64,000 nucleotides of DNA from an archaeon (GTDB lineage: Archaea; SpSt-1190; DYHY01). Every line of letters begins with the position of its first letter. Position 1 is the stretch's first letter. The translations under genes were made by a program, and so were the position numbers. Below, piece by piece: positions 30,559-40,485 of the stretch. The stretch is taken from the NCBI GenBank assembly GCA_037442745.1, contig JBBIPP010000005.1, positions 14,976-78,975 on the forward strand. The letters run 5' to 3'. The notes beneath the pieces are model-generated. The model was not told the origin of the DNA, ran no database searches, and saw nothing but the letters and a program-made list of their open reading frames with translations.

Positions 30559-31053
30559 CTCAAATTCCAAGAACTTGTTTTAATTTGGAATTTGAGCACT
30601 TTGCTCGTACCTCGCTCGGAACCAGTAATTATCCTCCTGACATTGCCGAATTCAAATTAAGTATTGGCTCAGCCGGCAACTGAGCTTTGGCGAGGTCTGA
30701 AGCCTCGGCAGAAAGTCGCGGATTGTCTGCGGACAAGAGCGCCCCACGCATTTTTTAGGGATTGACTGCAAAGACCGAACTACAGCGGCATAAATACCGC
30801 GGATTCTCCTGCCCTTTGGCGGGATCCGTGCGCATCCACAGGAAAATCTTGAGCGCGCATATCTCCGACCTTGAAAGCGTGTAGTTTTGCGCGCGAAAGA
30901 ATAAATTGCGTTCTGACAGGATTTTGACCGGAAAAGGGGTGAATTTTCCAGACAATTTTCCGCATCCAGACCCTTCGGGCGGAGGGAGTTTCTTGGTGGT
31001 TTTTCAATAACTTTCGGAAAAATTGATTTAAATGTCGTGAGCAATCCCGGGGA

Positions 31054-31846
31054 ATGAAGAACGGAGGAATTTTCGCTCTTGTTTTCGGAGCAATGATGAA
31101 CTTTCTCTTCTTCCTTGTCATCCACAAGAACGCAAGCTACCAGTATCTCATGAGTTCAGATATTCTCGTTTTCTTCGTAATGATGAAGCTCTCGTTCGGG
31201 GGCTTTGCGCTTGGGCTCCTTTTGAGAAGGTTCCTTGCGAAAAGGGACAAGTATTTCCCGGGCAAGGGCGAAACCCTCGGAATTCTCGCATACCTGAGCC
31301 TGGGAATATTCCTCGTGCTAAACATCTTAGGAACGCCTTCGCCTTGGAGGAGGCGTTTTCGTTTATGTTGTGTCGTTCATGTGCGCTTTCGTTCCTTCAG
31401 TTTTCTGGGGGATTCTCTACTCCCTGCTAATTAAATCCGAAAAGGGAGCGAGCAGGATTCTCATCGCGCTTCTTTTCGGCTCAGTCATTGCCCTGATTAT
31501 CTACAACTATTTCCTTGTATACCTTCCTTTCGTCGCAATATACTCGGCATTTTTCCTCGTCTTGCTTCTTGCGGAGTTTTGGGAAAGCCGGAGTCTGCGT
31601 TTCGTCTAGGCCCTTCCAGCACTTTCATTCGTTTTCTTGCTCGCCCAAAGCGCGCTTCTTTCCGGGGAATATGACCTTCCGCAGAGGTATGGTGGAGTGG
31701 AACGCCTGAACCGCTCTTTTTTCGGTCAATATGGTATTCTGGACATTGTTGTTTTTGATAACGCGCCGGGCTATCACATGTTTTCTGACAAAATTAGCCC
31801 CTCGCCAATTGCCGTCAAGGGAGATGTTGAGAATGTCCAAATCTAG
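31054..31846 (+). pseudogene. Frameshifted multi-pass membrane protein
   Basis: Overlapping hydrophobic ORFs 31054..31434 and 31370..31609 plus downstream fragment read like one broken gene. Confidence 0.45.
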
Positions 31847-32166
31847 GCGATTGTTCCGTATTTTGTCAGGGAATATGAAAAGTCCCTGATAATAGGTGCT
31901 GGCAGAGGCCAAGACATTTGCAATGTTTCCCCAAAGGAGGATTGATGTTGCTAATTTTTTCTTTGCCAGCAGGCGGGAGAGTCTTTCTGCCCAATTGACC
32001 GGCTTCTCTTTCAGGAAGTTGAGCTGGACTGGCGTTATTTAGAGGAAAGCGACTTGCCTTGCGGCGAAGAATGCGGAGAAGAGAATGAAAAAAGAGTAAA
32101 ATGAGCGCCTCACCAAGGGAAAGAAGCATGACAATTTCGGATGGTTTTTGCCCGGGGTTAAGGAGA

Positions 32167-34350
32167 TTATCGCTTTCCAACTCCAAAAAGGCTCTTGAAG
32201 AAATTTGCAAGGAAATCGAGCAACTTGGAGATTATTGGTATTGAGGTTCCTTTGCTTTCTTCTGGGAGTTTCGGAAGGGGGGTTGTTCCGTTCACGACTA
32301 GGATCTCCTCAGTTGGACTTTCTGATTCCACAAGAGCTCCTCCGGAAATCAGTTCCCTTATTTGCTCAGTTATTGTGTCATCCCCAGTTGAGGAGACTAT
32401 TTCTGATAAGGGGGCAGTTCTTCCGGAACCTCCAAATCCTCCGGAACCTCCAAATCCTCCGGACGACGATGAGGGGAAAGAGGGGGGAAAGGAGGAAGAG
32501 GAGGAAGAGGAGGAAGTCTCCAGAATCTGGTCGTGTATTTCCTCCGGTAGAACCTCTTCGGGAATTGCGTCTGAGGACGAGTTGTCAGGATATGTAGCGT
32601 TCTCGGGAATTTCAAAGAAAGTGAATTTCAAGTCAGGCTCAATTAAGCTTCCTAGTTCAAAGGAGAATCTGTCATTTTCCAAGGAAGAATTTTCCGGCTC
32701 CGTCACGTTCGATGCTAACTCGAATATGTTCTTCGGGAGGACAATATCCCCAACCTCAAAGAAGAACTTGCCATCCGAAGGAGTGGAAGAGTTCCAGAGT
32801 ATCTTGTTCCGGGTGAGGGCCGCCTTCGTAAAGGGCATTACATATGGAGTAATATTTACGCTCCACTTGTGAGTCAGGGAATCCGAATCATATACATGGA
32901 GAGCTTTGCCCACATTTACCGGATAGGCAATTCCCGCCGCATCAAGGACATAGAGCTCCTTCCCGTCCGCCGATACCGAGATGCTTTGCGCAATTCTCCC
33001 TGAAGGTATCTGGGAGAGTCTTGCAAATTTTTCGGTTGTTATCAACTCATTTTCAGGGAGGGAGAAATCGGTTGTTGAGGGATGTGTCGATTTCAGGCCG
33101 CCCGCTCGGTATATCACCTTACCCAAAGTGCCCATATTGACATTCACTCCGACGCCGTAGAGGTTCCTGCTCGGATGAGTCTCAATGTCGACTAGAAACG
33201 CTTCAGCCGGCCAAGCTTGCCTGTCTAAGCCCCCCGCATACTTTAGGTAAATTATATTGTCAGTCGTCATTTTAGAGAAATATATTTTTCCGTGTTCTTC
33301 GGAAATTGAGGAGATTGCTCCGGAAGTATATTGCCCAAGATTGTGGCGGTAAAGAATTGTTGAAAGCCAGTTTGCCTCATATATATATCCGGGGCTCGGG
33401 GAGACTCCAATGAATGCCCTCAAGCCATCTGGGGAGAATGCGATTGAGGAAACTGAGATGTTTTTGTGCGCTCCGAGGAAGGAAACATAGTTGGTTGGAG
33501 ATAGTGAACCTCTCCAGAAAATATGGATGAATCCCTTCCCAGACGGTAAGTGCTCGCCCGAAACATATATTGTCCCCATTGGGTCAACATAGAGGTTCTC
33601 CGCCCAGAAACTATATGAAAAGGAATAGGAAGAGAGGATTGCAAGGTTTGAGGAATTTACCCTGAAAAGCTTGCTGACAGGTATCCCTGCAAAGGGCCTT
33701 CTCACACCCAATACATAGAGAACCTCGTCAGTCGGGTTGAGGGCGACATCTAGTGGCGTGAAATTCAGGGAGAGGTTCGCTATCTGCTTCCTCAAATCTC
33801 TGTCAATTACCGCAACCCCTTTTCCCGCAGCAACAAATGCGAGGGATTTCTTCGAAAAAGATTCAATTACAGAATCAGAGAAGCCGAATTCCTCTTCAGA
33901 AACCGCTAGGCCCGGAAGAGTCAATCCGTCCGTGGAAAGGTTTTCCGAGCCGTTTGAGGCGGGAACGGATGTTGCAGTCGGGTTCGATTGGATTGGCGTG
34001 ACTATTTTGACGGAGGTTGTTGTCAGGTTCTTTGCGGAAGTTGTCGTAATTGGATTGAGCGAAGTTGTCAGAAGAGGAATTGTTGTAAGAGTTTTTATCG
34101 AGGTTGTTGCGACAGGTATTGTCGAGAACGTCTTTATTGAAGTTGTCGTAATCAAAGGGATTGTCGAGAGCGCCTTGATGGAGGTTGTCGCAAATGTGGT
34201 TGTTGTTGTGTTGTTAACAATTGGAATCGGACTGGGAGAAACAACCCTTATTGTGGAAAGAGTCAATGCGAAAGATGGCAGGAGAATGAGAGAAAAGAAA
34301 ATTGCCAATAGGGAGAGCTTTCCGAGGAAATTTTCGAACTTGTTTGCCAT
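32167..34350 (-). CDS. Secreted/surface protein: signal peptide, Thr-rich repeats, YncE-like beta-propeller, acidic Ser/Gly linker, C-terminal amphipathic tail
   Basis: N-terminal hydrophobic leader; TTSIK(A/T)xxTIP repeats; blades VALNPTDEVLYV, IAFSPDGLRAFI, ISVSADGKELYV; ends LLDFLANFFKSLFG. Confidence 0.8.
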   Translation of the reverse strand: MANKFENFLGKLSLLAIFFSLILLPSFALTLSTIRVVSPSPIPIVNNTTTTTFATTSIKALSTIPLITTTSIKTFSTIPVATTSIKTLTTIPLLTTSLNPITTTSAKNLTTTSVKIVTPIQSNPTATSVPASNGSENLSTDGLTLPGLAVSEEEFGFSDSVIESFSKKSLAFVAAGKGVAVIDRDLRKQIANLSLNFTPLDVALNPTDEVLYVLGVRRPFAGIPVSKLFRVNSSNLAILSSYSFSYSFWAENLYVDPMGTIYVSGEHLPSGKGFIHIFWRGSLSPTNYVSFLGAHKNISVSSIAFSPDGLRAFIGVSPSPGYIYEANWLSTILYRHNLGQYTSGAISSISEEHGKIYFSKMTTDNIIYLKYAGGLDRQAWPAEAFLVDIETHPSRNLYGVGVNVNMGTLGKVIYRAGGLKSTHPSTTDFSLPENELITTEKFARLSQIPSGRIAQSISVSADGKELYVLDAAGIAYPVNVGKALHVYDSDSLTHKWSVNITPYVMPFTKAALTRNKILWNSSTPSDGKFFFEVGDIVLPKNIFELASNVTEPENSSLENDRFSFELGSLIEPDLKFTFFEIPENATYPDNSSSDAIPEEVLPEEIHDQILETSSSSSSSSFPPSFPSSSSGGFGGSGGFGGSGRTAPLSEIVSSTGDDTITEQIRELISGGALVESESPTEEILVVNGTTPLPKLPEESKGTSIPIISKLLDFLANFFKSLFGVGKR
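32421..32462. repeat. 18-bp tandem repeat encoding GGFGGS units
   Basis: TCCGGAACCTCCAAATCC occurs twice in tandem inside the surface-protein gene. Confidence 0.8.
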
Positions 34351-34814
34351 CTTTTCTATGGAGGGAGAGAAGGGTTTAAAAATCTTGATAATCGTATTTT
34401 TTACAGGTTTTTCGGGCAGAGAGGAATTTTAGAGCCTCATAAACTAGCTTGCCAAAGGAGGCTTTTCAAGAAAAGGACAATTGCGCTCAAGAAGCCAGTT
34501 GCCTGGGGAAGTAGTAGAAAATGGAGCCAACAAGCCAGATTCAATACGCCAATCAGCATCCGCCTTAGGAAGGTTTCTTCCGGCTCTTACAGAAAAATTC
34601 GCATGAGAAGTTCCAATTGGTTTTCTTGGAAAGTTTCTTGGCTTCAACTTTCTCTGACATTTGTAAAAATTGGCTGGCCGGGCATTAAACAATTTTTCTC
34701 CCCGAATTGCCTGCGAGTTAAGTCCTCTTGTTTTTCGGGCGGCCGGAGGGGGGCGCAAATCCCTTTGAATATCTTTGGCAAGAAATAAAAGCCCGCCCCA
34801 CTATTATTGGAAAA

Positions 34815-35258
34815 ATGGCTGAAACTCTCTCAAATTTCATTGTCCTTGCAAAGAAGAACACATACTCCAAGTCTGCGAAGGAAAAAATGAATCCGGACGG
34901 CTCGAGGGATTTCTTTTTCAAAAAAGGGAACCTCTCCTGTTCGGACAAATACTACGGAACCCGCTCGTTCTCCTGTCAGGAAACATTCTTCTCAGGAAAA
35001 ACCCTGCTCTGGTCAATCGTCTATACAGGAAGGTCCCTTGTTTCTGGGAGCGAGGAGAAAATGTTGGAGGAGTTCCTGAAAAAGTTCCTCTCAAGAGTCG
35101 AAAGGGACTCTCAATTCCGAGGCCAATTGAGTTTCAGAATTGGGAAGTTCTCATATGAGAACACTTTTTTCGGAAGCCTCTCAATGTTCTCTGGCTCAGG
35201 CAATGAAATCCTGTGGGGAAGTAGTTCTAGTTCTCTCCTATTCCGGGGGGGCTGTTGA
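34815..35258 (+). CDS. DUF5680-like protein (possibly decaying)
   Basis: F...AKKNTY, GSRDF, D.YYG...F..QE, W...Y.G, FRG, Y.N...G....FSG. Confidence 0.6.
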   Translation: MAETLSNFIVLAKKNTYSKSAKEKMNPDGSRDFFFKKGNLSCSDKYYGTRSFSCQETFFSGKTLLWSIVYTGRSLVSGSEEKMLEEFLKKFLSRVERDSQFRGQLSFRIGKFSYENTFFGSLSMFSGSGNEILWGSSSSSLLFRGGC

Positions 35259-36089
35259 ATGACACGCTCAAAGGGAACTGTCGCGATAATAGGTTCGGGA
35301 GCTGTCGGCTCCTCAACGGCTTTTGCCCTCATTCTCCGGGAATCCTGCGAAAGAATAATTCTCTATGACGCTTTCCCGAAAATTTCCCGGGGGAAATTTC
35401 TTGACCTCTCTCCGGCAACATGGGCTTTTGGAAAGAAAGTCGAGGTTGGGTTCTCTGAAAATTTCCCGGATAAGGCGGACATTTTCGTGATAACTGCGGG
35501 CCTTCCAAGAAAAGCGGGAATGACAAGAAAAGACCTCCTTGGGGAAAACGAGGGAATAGTCCTCCCAATCCTTGAGAAATTGAAGAACTCCGGGGCAATT
35601 GTTCTGCTTGTGACAAACCCGGTCGACCTCCTTGTTAAAGCGGGCGTTGAGAAAGTCGGCTTTCCGGAAAAACTGCTTGTTGGCATTTCCTCCCTCCTTG
35701 ATTCAGTTCGGCTTTCAGACACTCTTGGGAAAGGGGCGGTTGTTCTCGGGCCCCATAACGAGAAATTGGTTGCTCTTGGCGCAGGGGAAGGGGACGAATC
35801 TGCAGTCAGGTGGAGAGGCGCGGAAATAATCTCTCTCCTCTCGTCAAGCGCGCAGTATTCTCCCGGTGCGGTTATTGCGAAAACTGTTGAACTGGTTCTT
35901 TCCGGAAACCAGGAGAAAGAAATTATTCCCTGCTCCGTCTATCTTCGGGACTGGAACGGCTTTTCAAAAATCGCTTTCGGAGTTCCGGTTCTTCTCGGGA
36001 AGGGGGGAATTGAGGGGTTCCCGGAAATCGAATTTACTGGTCCCGAGATTGAAAAATTGATGGAGGGCGCGCGCTCCCTTGAAGGCTGA
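35259..36089 (+). CDS. mdh: Malate/lactate dehydrogenase family (MDH-type, Arg at specificity site)
   Basis: IIGSGAVG, TAGLPRKAGMTRKDLL, VTNPVD, LDSVR, GPH. Confidence 0.85.
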   Translation: MTRSKGTVAIIGSGAVGSSTAFALILRESCERIILYDAFPKISRGKFLDLSPATWAFGKKVEVGFSENFPDKADIFVITAGLPRKAGMTRKDLLGENEGIVLPILEKLKNSGAIVLLVTNPVDLLVKAGVEKVGFPEKLLVGISSLLDSVRLSDTLGKGAVVLGPHNEKLVALGAGEGDESAVRWRGAEIISLLSSSAQYSPGAVIAKTVELVLSGNQEKEIIPCSVYLRDWNGFSKIAFGVPVLLGKGGIEGFPEIEFTGPEIEKLMEGARSLEG

Positions 36090-36786
36090 CTCTCTGCGTT
36101 TCCTTCGCCAAGAGAAACTGATTTCTCGGAAATCCCTCTTGGAAAAAACAATTGCGATAATCGGCCTCGGCGGCCTCGGATGCCCTTCCGCGGAATATCT
36201 AGGAGCGGCAGGCGTCGGAAAAATTTTCCTTGTTGACAGGGACGTTATTGAACTGTCGAACCTGAACCGCCAGTTCCTCTATTCGGAAAAGAGCGTTTCA
36301 AGGGAAAAGGCGTTTGTTGCAAAAGAGACTCTTTCAGAAAAATATCCGGATACTGAATTCGTTTCAGTCGTCGGTTCGGTAAAGGCTCTTTCGGAATTCT
36401 CCCTGTCAGTTGTCCTCGACTGCACGGACACTCTTGAGAGCAGACGGGAGATAAATTCATTTTTCACTCGGAAAAAAATTCCGGTTGTCTACGGTTCGGC
36501 CCTCGGGTGGACGGGAGCAGTCTCCTCTTTAGTTCCGGGCGGATTCTGCCTAGAGTGCTTCCTTCACGGAAAGGGAAAGAACTGGGCCTGTGAAACTTCT
36601 GGGATTGTCGGGCCTGTTGCCGGAGCAATCGGGTGCATGCAAGCAATGGATGCGCTGAAAATTCTTTCCGGAAAAATGAAAAAGCCCGAGGGAATCAGGT
36701 ATTTCGATTTCCTCTCCGGGGAAAACTGGCTTGTTCCTGTGAGAAAAAGGAAGGATTGTCCTGTTTGCCCAAAAAATGGCAAATAG
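36079..36786 (+). CDS. ThiF/MoeB/HesA E1-like adenylyltransferase
   Basis: IGLGGLG, DRDVIELSNLNRQ, DCTD, CLEC, CETSGI.GP, CPVC. Confidence 0.92.
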   Translation: MKADSLRFLRQEKLISRKSLLEKTIAIIGLGGLGCPSAEYLGAAGVGKIFLVDRDVIELSNLNRQFLYSEKSVSREKAFVAKETLSEKYPDTEFVSVVGSVKALSEFSLSVVLDCTDTLESRREINSFFTRKKIPVVYGSALGWTGAVSSLVPGGFCLECFLHGKGKNWACETSGIVGPVAGAIGCMQAMDALKILSGKMKKPEGIRYFDFLSGENWLVPVRKRKDCPVCPKNGK

Positions 36787-36827
36787 AAAGAAACAAGCCT
36801 TATATTCAAAAACAACTCAATAACTAT

Positions 36828-37448
36828 ATGGCTATTCGCAAAGGCGATTTCCTACTAAAAGATGGGCGTAGGGCCCATTTAGAAGAGTGGAACTATGACG
36901 ACCTCGCCGAGTTTGTCACGAGAAAAAGCCATCCCTTAGAAGAGCGTCCCGGAAAGACTGTGATAAAGGGATTCTCCTACTTGCGTCCATCTCTTGCGGA
37001 CGATTTGAGGGAAACTGACAAAACTAATCCGTATTCTTCCGAGAAAAATCTTTCCGAAATGGAAACGCAGCCAGACAATTCATGTCCCAATGAGTCATAC
37101 CATCGAGCAATTGTGGCAAAGGACTCCGAGACGGGCGCAGTAATGGGAGCGACCCTCCTTGTGTGGAAGAAGGACGACAGGAATTTTTGGAGATACCGGG
37201 CGAGGTTCGTCGACGTTCACTCTGATTACAAGAACAATGGCGTGGGCACGGCTCTCGTGCAAGCAATCGACGGAGCGGATTTTCTTAAATGAAAAATACT
37301 CGAAGCCACTTTTTTCACGGAGGAAGGCCATGAACATCTCAAAAGCGTGATGGAAAGGGAACTAAAAGCTGAAAATTACGCGCTGGTTTTTGAGGGGCTT
37401 GGTCTGAAAGAAACCCCTAAAAAGCCGGGAAAGTATGGAAAATTTTAA
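36828..37448 (+). pseudogene. GNAT-like acetyltransferase with one in-frame TGA
   Basis: FVDVHSDYKNNGVGTAL (motif A); reading continues in frame after TGA 37290-37292 (FLK*KILEATFFTEEG...) to TAA 37448. Confidence 0.65.
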
Positions 37449-37617
37449 TGTTGCTTCGAGGTTTCGACAAAAAATGAAAGTGGTTGCGCGCTTCAGCAGG
37501 GGGCTGAGCCGAAGGCGAAGTCGCCGGAAAACTGATGTAATATGAGAGCAATTGTAATTTTTTCCGGATGCCGAAGCGACCGAGGGGAGCGGAGGTCCCC
37601 TGAAAACCGGATGTAGA

Positions 37618-38295
37618 ATGAATGTAGTTGTTTTGTTTTCAGGGGGAAAGGATTCAACCTACTCAATCTGGTGGGCAATCAATCAGGGTTTTGAAGTTGT
37701 CTCCCTTCTCTCGGCAATTCCGTCTGAAGAGAGCATGATGTTTCACCATCCGAACGCCCTTCTCACCGAGAAATTGGCGGAGTGTATTTCAATTCCTTGG
37801 AAGGGTTTTTCCTCGGGAGTCGGGGAGAGAGAGGAGCTCAGGAACTTGGAAAAGGCTCTTTCCGAATTCAGGGGAAAAGCAGAAGCTGTTGTCTCCGGAG
37901 CCATTGCGTCAGACTATCAGAAGAACCGGATTGACAGGATTTCGGAAAAGCTCGGGCTGATTTCTTATTCCCCCCTTTGGCACAAGAATCAGGAGAGTTT
38001 GGTGAGGGAAATCATCTCGGCGGGTTTCGATGTCCGAGTTGCGGGGGTCTTTGCCGAAGGTTTGGGTGAGAAGTGGCTTGGACGGAAAATAGATTCGGAC
38101 GCAATTGACGAGCTAGTCTCCCTTGAGAAAAAGTTCGGGGTGTCCGTCGCTGGGGAGGGAGGGGAATGGGAATCCATTGTTGTTAATTGCCCGATTTTCG
38201 AAAAAAGGCTCGAGATTCTTTCGGCGGAAAATGTCTGGGAAGGGAATTCCGGAAAATATATTGTAAAAAGCTGGAAAATTTCGGGAAAATCCTAG
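37618..38295 (+). CDS. Diphthine--ammonia ligase (Dph6)
   Basis: LFSGGKDS, SMMFH, GAIASDYQ, PLW, AGEGGEWES. Confidence 0.92.
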   Translation: MNVVVLFSGGKDSTYSIWWAINQGFEVVSLLSAIPSEESMMFHHPNALLTEKLAECISIPWKGFSSGVGEREELRNLEKALSEFRGKAEAVVSGAIASDYQKNRIDRISEKLGLISYSPLWHKNQESLVREIISAGFDVRVAGVFAEGLGEKWLGRKIDSDAIDELVSLEKKFGVSVAGEGGEWESIVVNCPIFEKRLEILSAENVWEGNSGKYIVKSWKISGKS

Positions 38296-39104
38296 AAATT
38301 GGAAATGAAAAGCTCGCTTCCCAAAGGCGCGTTCCCCTTCCAGGCGTTGTTCATCCCGTATTGGAGGGACCATTCCTCGATTTTTCCAAAAGAAAACAGT
38401 TCCCTTATTTCTGGGGAGTTGTCATATGTTACTAGCCATTTGTGGGGGCAACGTTTCACCAGTCCCGCGAGTTTCCAATGGTCAAAGTCGGTGTGCAAAA
38501 TCCCCCGCTTTCCGTAGAGCTTCGATTTCGTCCTTGAAAGATAGGGCGGGTCGAGGAAAATGAAAACCCCTGTTCCCCTTTCGGAGAGAATGTAGGAATA
38601 GTCGGAGTTCGTTATCCGGACATTTTGAAGTGGCTTTTCAAGAGAGCGCACCCTCGAGATTGCTGACTGGGTGAATCTCCCCTCGAAAGCTTTCCTTGAG
38701 AAACCCCCTGCTTCCGTTGTCCCGGAGAAGCTTATCCTGTTGAGAATGAAGAAGCGGACAGCCCGCTCCAGTTCGTCTGATGGGGATTTTTTCGAAAGTT
38801 TCAGGAAAAGCTCCTTTCCGTTTCCGGCATCGGTCTTTTCCCTGGAAATTGCCTCAACCAAGTCCCCATTCCTCTCCTTTGCAGTCTTCCAGAACGAAAC
38901 CAGCCCAAGATTGATGTCATTTATCCAGTATTTCCTTCCGGGGAATTTCTCTAGGCAATACAGGAAAACCGAGCCTCCGCCGACCATTGGCTCCCGGTAT
39001 TCCGAGAAATCTTCCGGAATCTTCGGTATTATTCTCCTTGCCGCCCGGTACTTTCCTCCCGGATACCGGAGAGGGCTCCGAAGAGTCCGCCAATAGGGAA
39101 TCAT
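38292..39104 (-). CDS. DNA adenine methyltransferase (Dam-like, alpha class), apparently orphan
   Basis: SPLRYPGGK, EPMVGGGSV, NDIN, LNR.SFSG, FLDPPY; ATG 39104 overlaps mtaD stop. Confidence 0.92.
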   Translation of the reverse strand: MIPYWRTLRSPLRYPGGKYRAARRIIPKIPEDFSEYREPMVGGGSVFLYCLEKFPGRKYWINDINLGLVSFWKTAKERNGDLVEAISREKTDAGNGKELFLKLSKKSPSDELERAVRFFILNRISFSGTTEAGGFSRKAFEGRFTQSAISRVRSLEKPLQNVRITNSDYSYILSERGTGVFIFLDPPYLSRTKSKLYGKRGILHTDFDHWKLAGLVKRCPHKWLVTYDNSPEIRELFSFGKIEEWSLQYGMNNAWKGNAPLGSELFISNF

Positions 39105-40483
39105 TTTTTCGTGTCCGCCCCGAAAAAATCGGGAAGGGGAACTCCCGCCCGCTTGCATATCCGCGCGGTAGCCTTCCCTAGAGCTTCTGATGTTTTCCTT
39201 GAATCGAATTTCAGATGTAGCGAGTTGGAGACAATTTCCTGTCCCCTGACATAGACATCTTTTGGTATGTCTCCTGTAGCCGAATAGACCAGGAGGGAGA
39301 CAGGGTTTGCAATTGGCTTCAGCCGGAAATTCGAGAGATCGAGAAGAAGAAAGTCAGCTTCTTTTCCTATTTCAATAGAACCGGTCTCTTTTTCAATTCC
39401 CAGAGCCCGGGCACCCCCGATTGTCGCATAATCGAGCGCCTTTTGGGCGGACACTGCGGTAGCGTCCCACCTGTGATGCTTGTGTATTAGGGCAGAAAAT
39501 TTCATTGTGTCGAACATGTCAAGCGTGTTGTTCGATGCCGGACCGTCCGTTCCGAGGGATATTTTGGCGTCATAGGAGTCGAGTTCGGGGATTGGGGAAA
39601 CCCCTCCGGTTGCAAGCTTCATGTTGGATACCGGGCAGTGCGAAACTCCCGCTCCTGTTCTGGCAATTGTCCTAGCCTCTGACTTTGATATCCATCCGCA
39701 GTGCGCAAGGGTTGTTCTCGGGGAAAGGACTCCAAGGGAATCGAGGACCTCTATCGGCCTCTTTCCCCTCGAGATTTCGGAATCAGAGACCTCTTTCCTT
39801 GTTTCGCTTGCGTGTATCTGGAAAAATGTGTTGTATTTCTCGGCAAGGGAAAAGCATTCTTTTATTGTCTCGTCCCCTGTAGTGTAAATTGCGTGGGGCG
39901 CGATTCCTGGCCGGACAATTGAGCCGGCCTTGCTTTTTTTCAGAATTTTCTCCGCTCGCTTGACTTTCTCTGAAGGGTCTCCGAAATCGGTAATGCTATA
40001 GCCGGAAAATACCCGCATCCCCGATTTTTCAAGGGACTCGTAATAGAGTTCAGTTCGCATATACATGTCAAGGACTGTCGTAGTCCCGGTGAGCGCGGCC
40101 TCCATTAGTGAGAACTCCGCCCCTGAGACATATTCCGTTTTCCCCATTTTTTCCTCAAGTGGGAAAATTCTTGTTGTCAGCCATTCGTGAAGTGGGAGAT
40201 CGTCACCCAAACCGCGCAGAACGGACATTGGAAGGTGGTTGTGCGTGTTTATCAGGCCAGGCATCATCAGCCGGCCCTTGCAGTCAATTTGCTCCTCCCC
40301 TCTGTTGCGTTTCAAGCCGAACCCTATTTCCAAGAAAAGCCCCCGGGAAACCCTGACATCGCAGGAGCGAAGAATCCTCCTTTCAGAATTCTGGGTAACT
40401 GCGAGAGAGACTCCTTTCAGGAGAAAGCTCCCTCTTGCTCCATCCAGCCCGGCCGTCCTCCTGCGAGCCTCCCGTCCTGCCAT
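39101..40483 (-). CDS. mtaD: MTA/SAH deaminase-type amidohydrolase
   Basis: PGLINTHNH, PHAIYT, IHASET, AHC, HCPVSNMKLA, GTDGPASNN.LDMF; adjacent to ahcY. Confidence 0.85.
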   Translation of the reverse strand: MAGREARRRTAGLDGARGSFLLKGVSLAVTQNSERRILRSCDVRVSRGLFLEIGFGLKRNRGEEQIDCKGRLMMPGLINTHNHLPMSVLRGLGDDLPLHEWLTTRIFPLEEKMGKTEYVSGAEFSLMEAALTGTTTVLDMYMRTELYYESLEKSGMRVFSGYSITDFGDPSEKVKRAEKILKKSKAGSIVRPGIAPHAIYTTGDETIKECFSLAEKYNTFFQIHASETRKEVSDSEISRGKRPIEVLDSLGVLSPRTTLAHCGWISKSEARTIARTGAGVSHCPVSNMKLATGGVSPIPELDSYDAKISLGTDGPASNNTLDMFDTMKFSALIHKHHRWDATAVSAQKALDYATIGGARALGIEKETGSIEIGKEADFLLLDLSNFRLKPIANPVSLLVYSATGDIPKDVYVRGQEIVSNSLHLKFDSRKTSEALGKATARICKRAGVPLPDFFGADTKK

Positions 40484-40485
40484 TA

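Noticed and set aside
34444-34660. Possible small membrane-gene remnant on minus strand
   Set aside because: Fragments too short and broken to assign
37290-37602. Selenocysteine recoding of the GNAT TGA with the downstream hairpin as SECIS
   Set aside because: Position looks like Gly, not Cys; no clear archaeal SECIS motif; no Sec machinery in window
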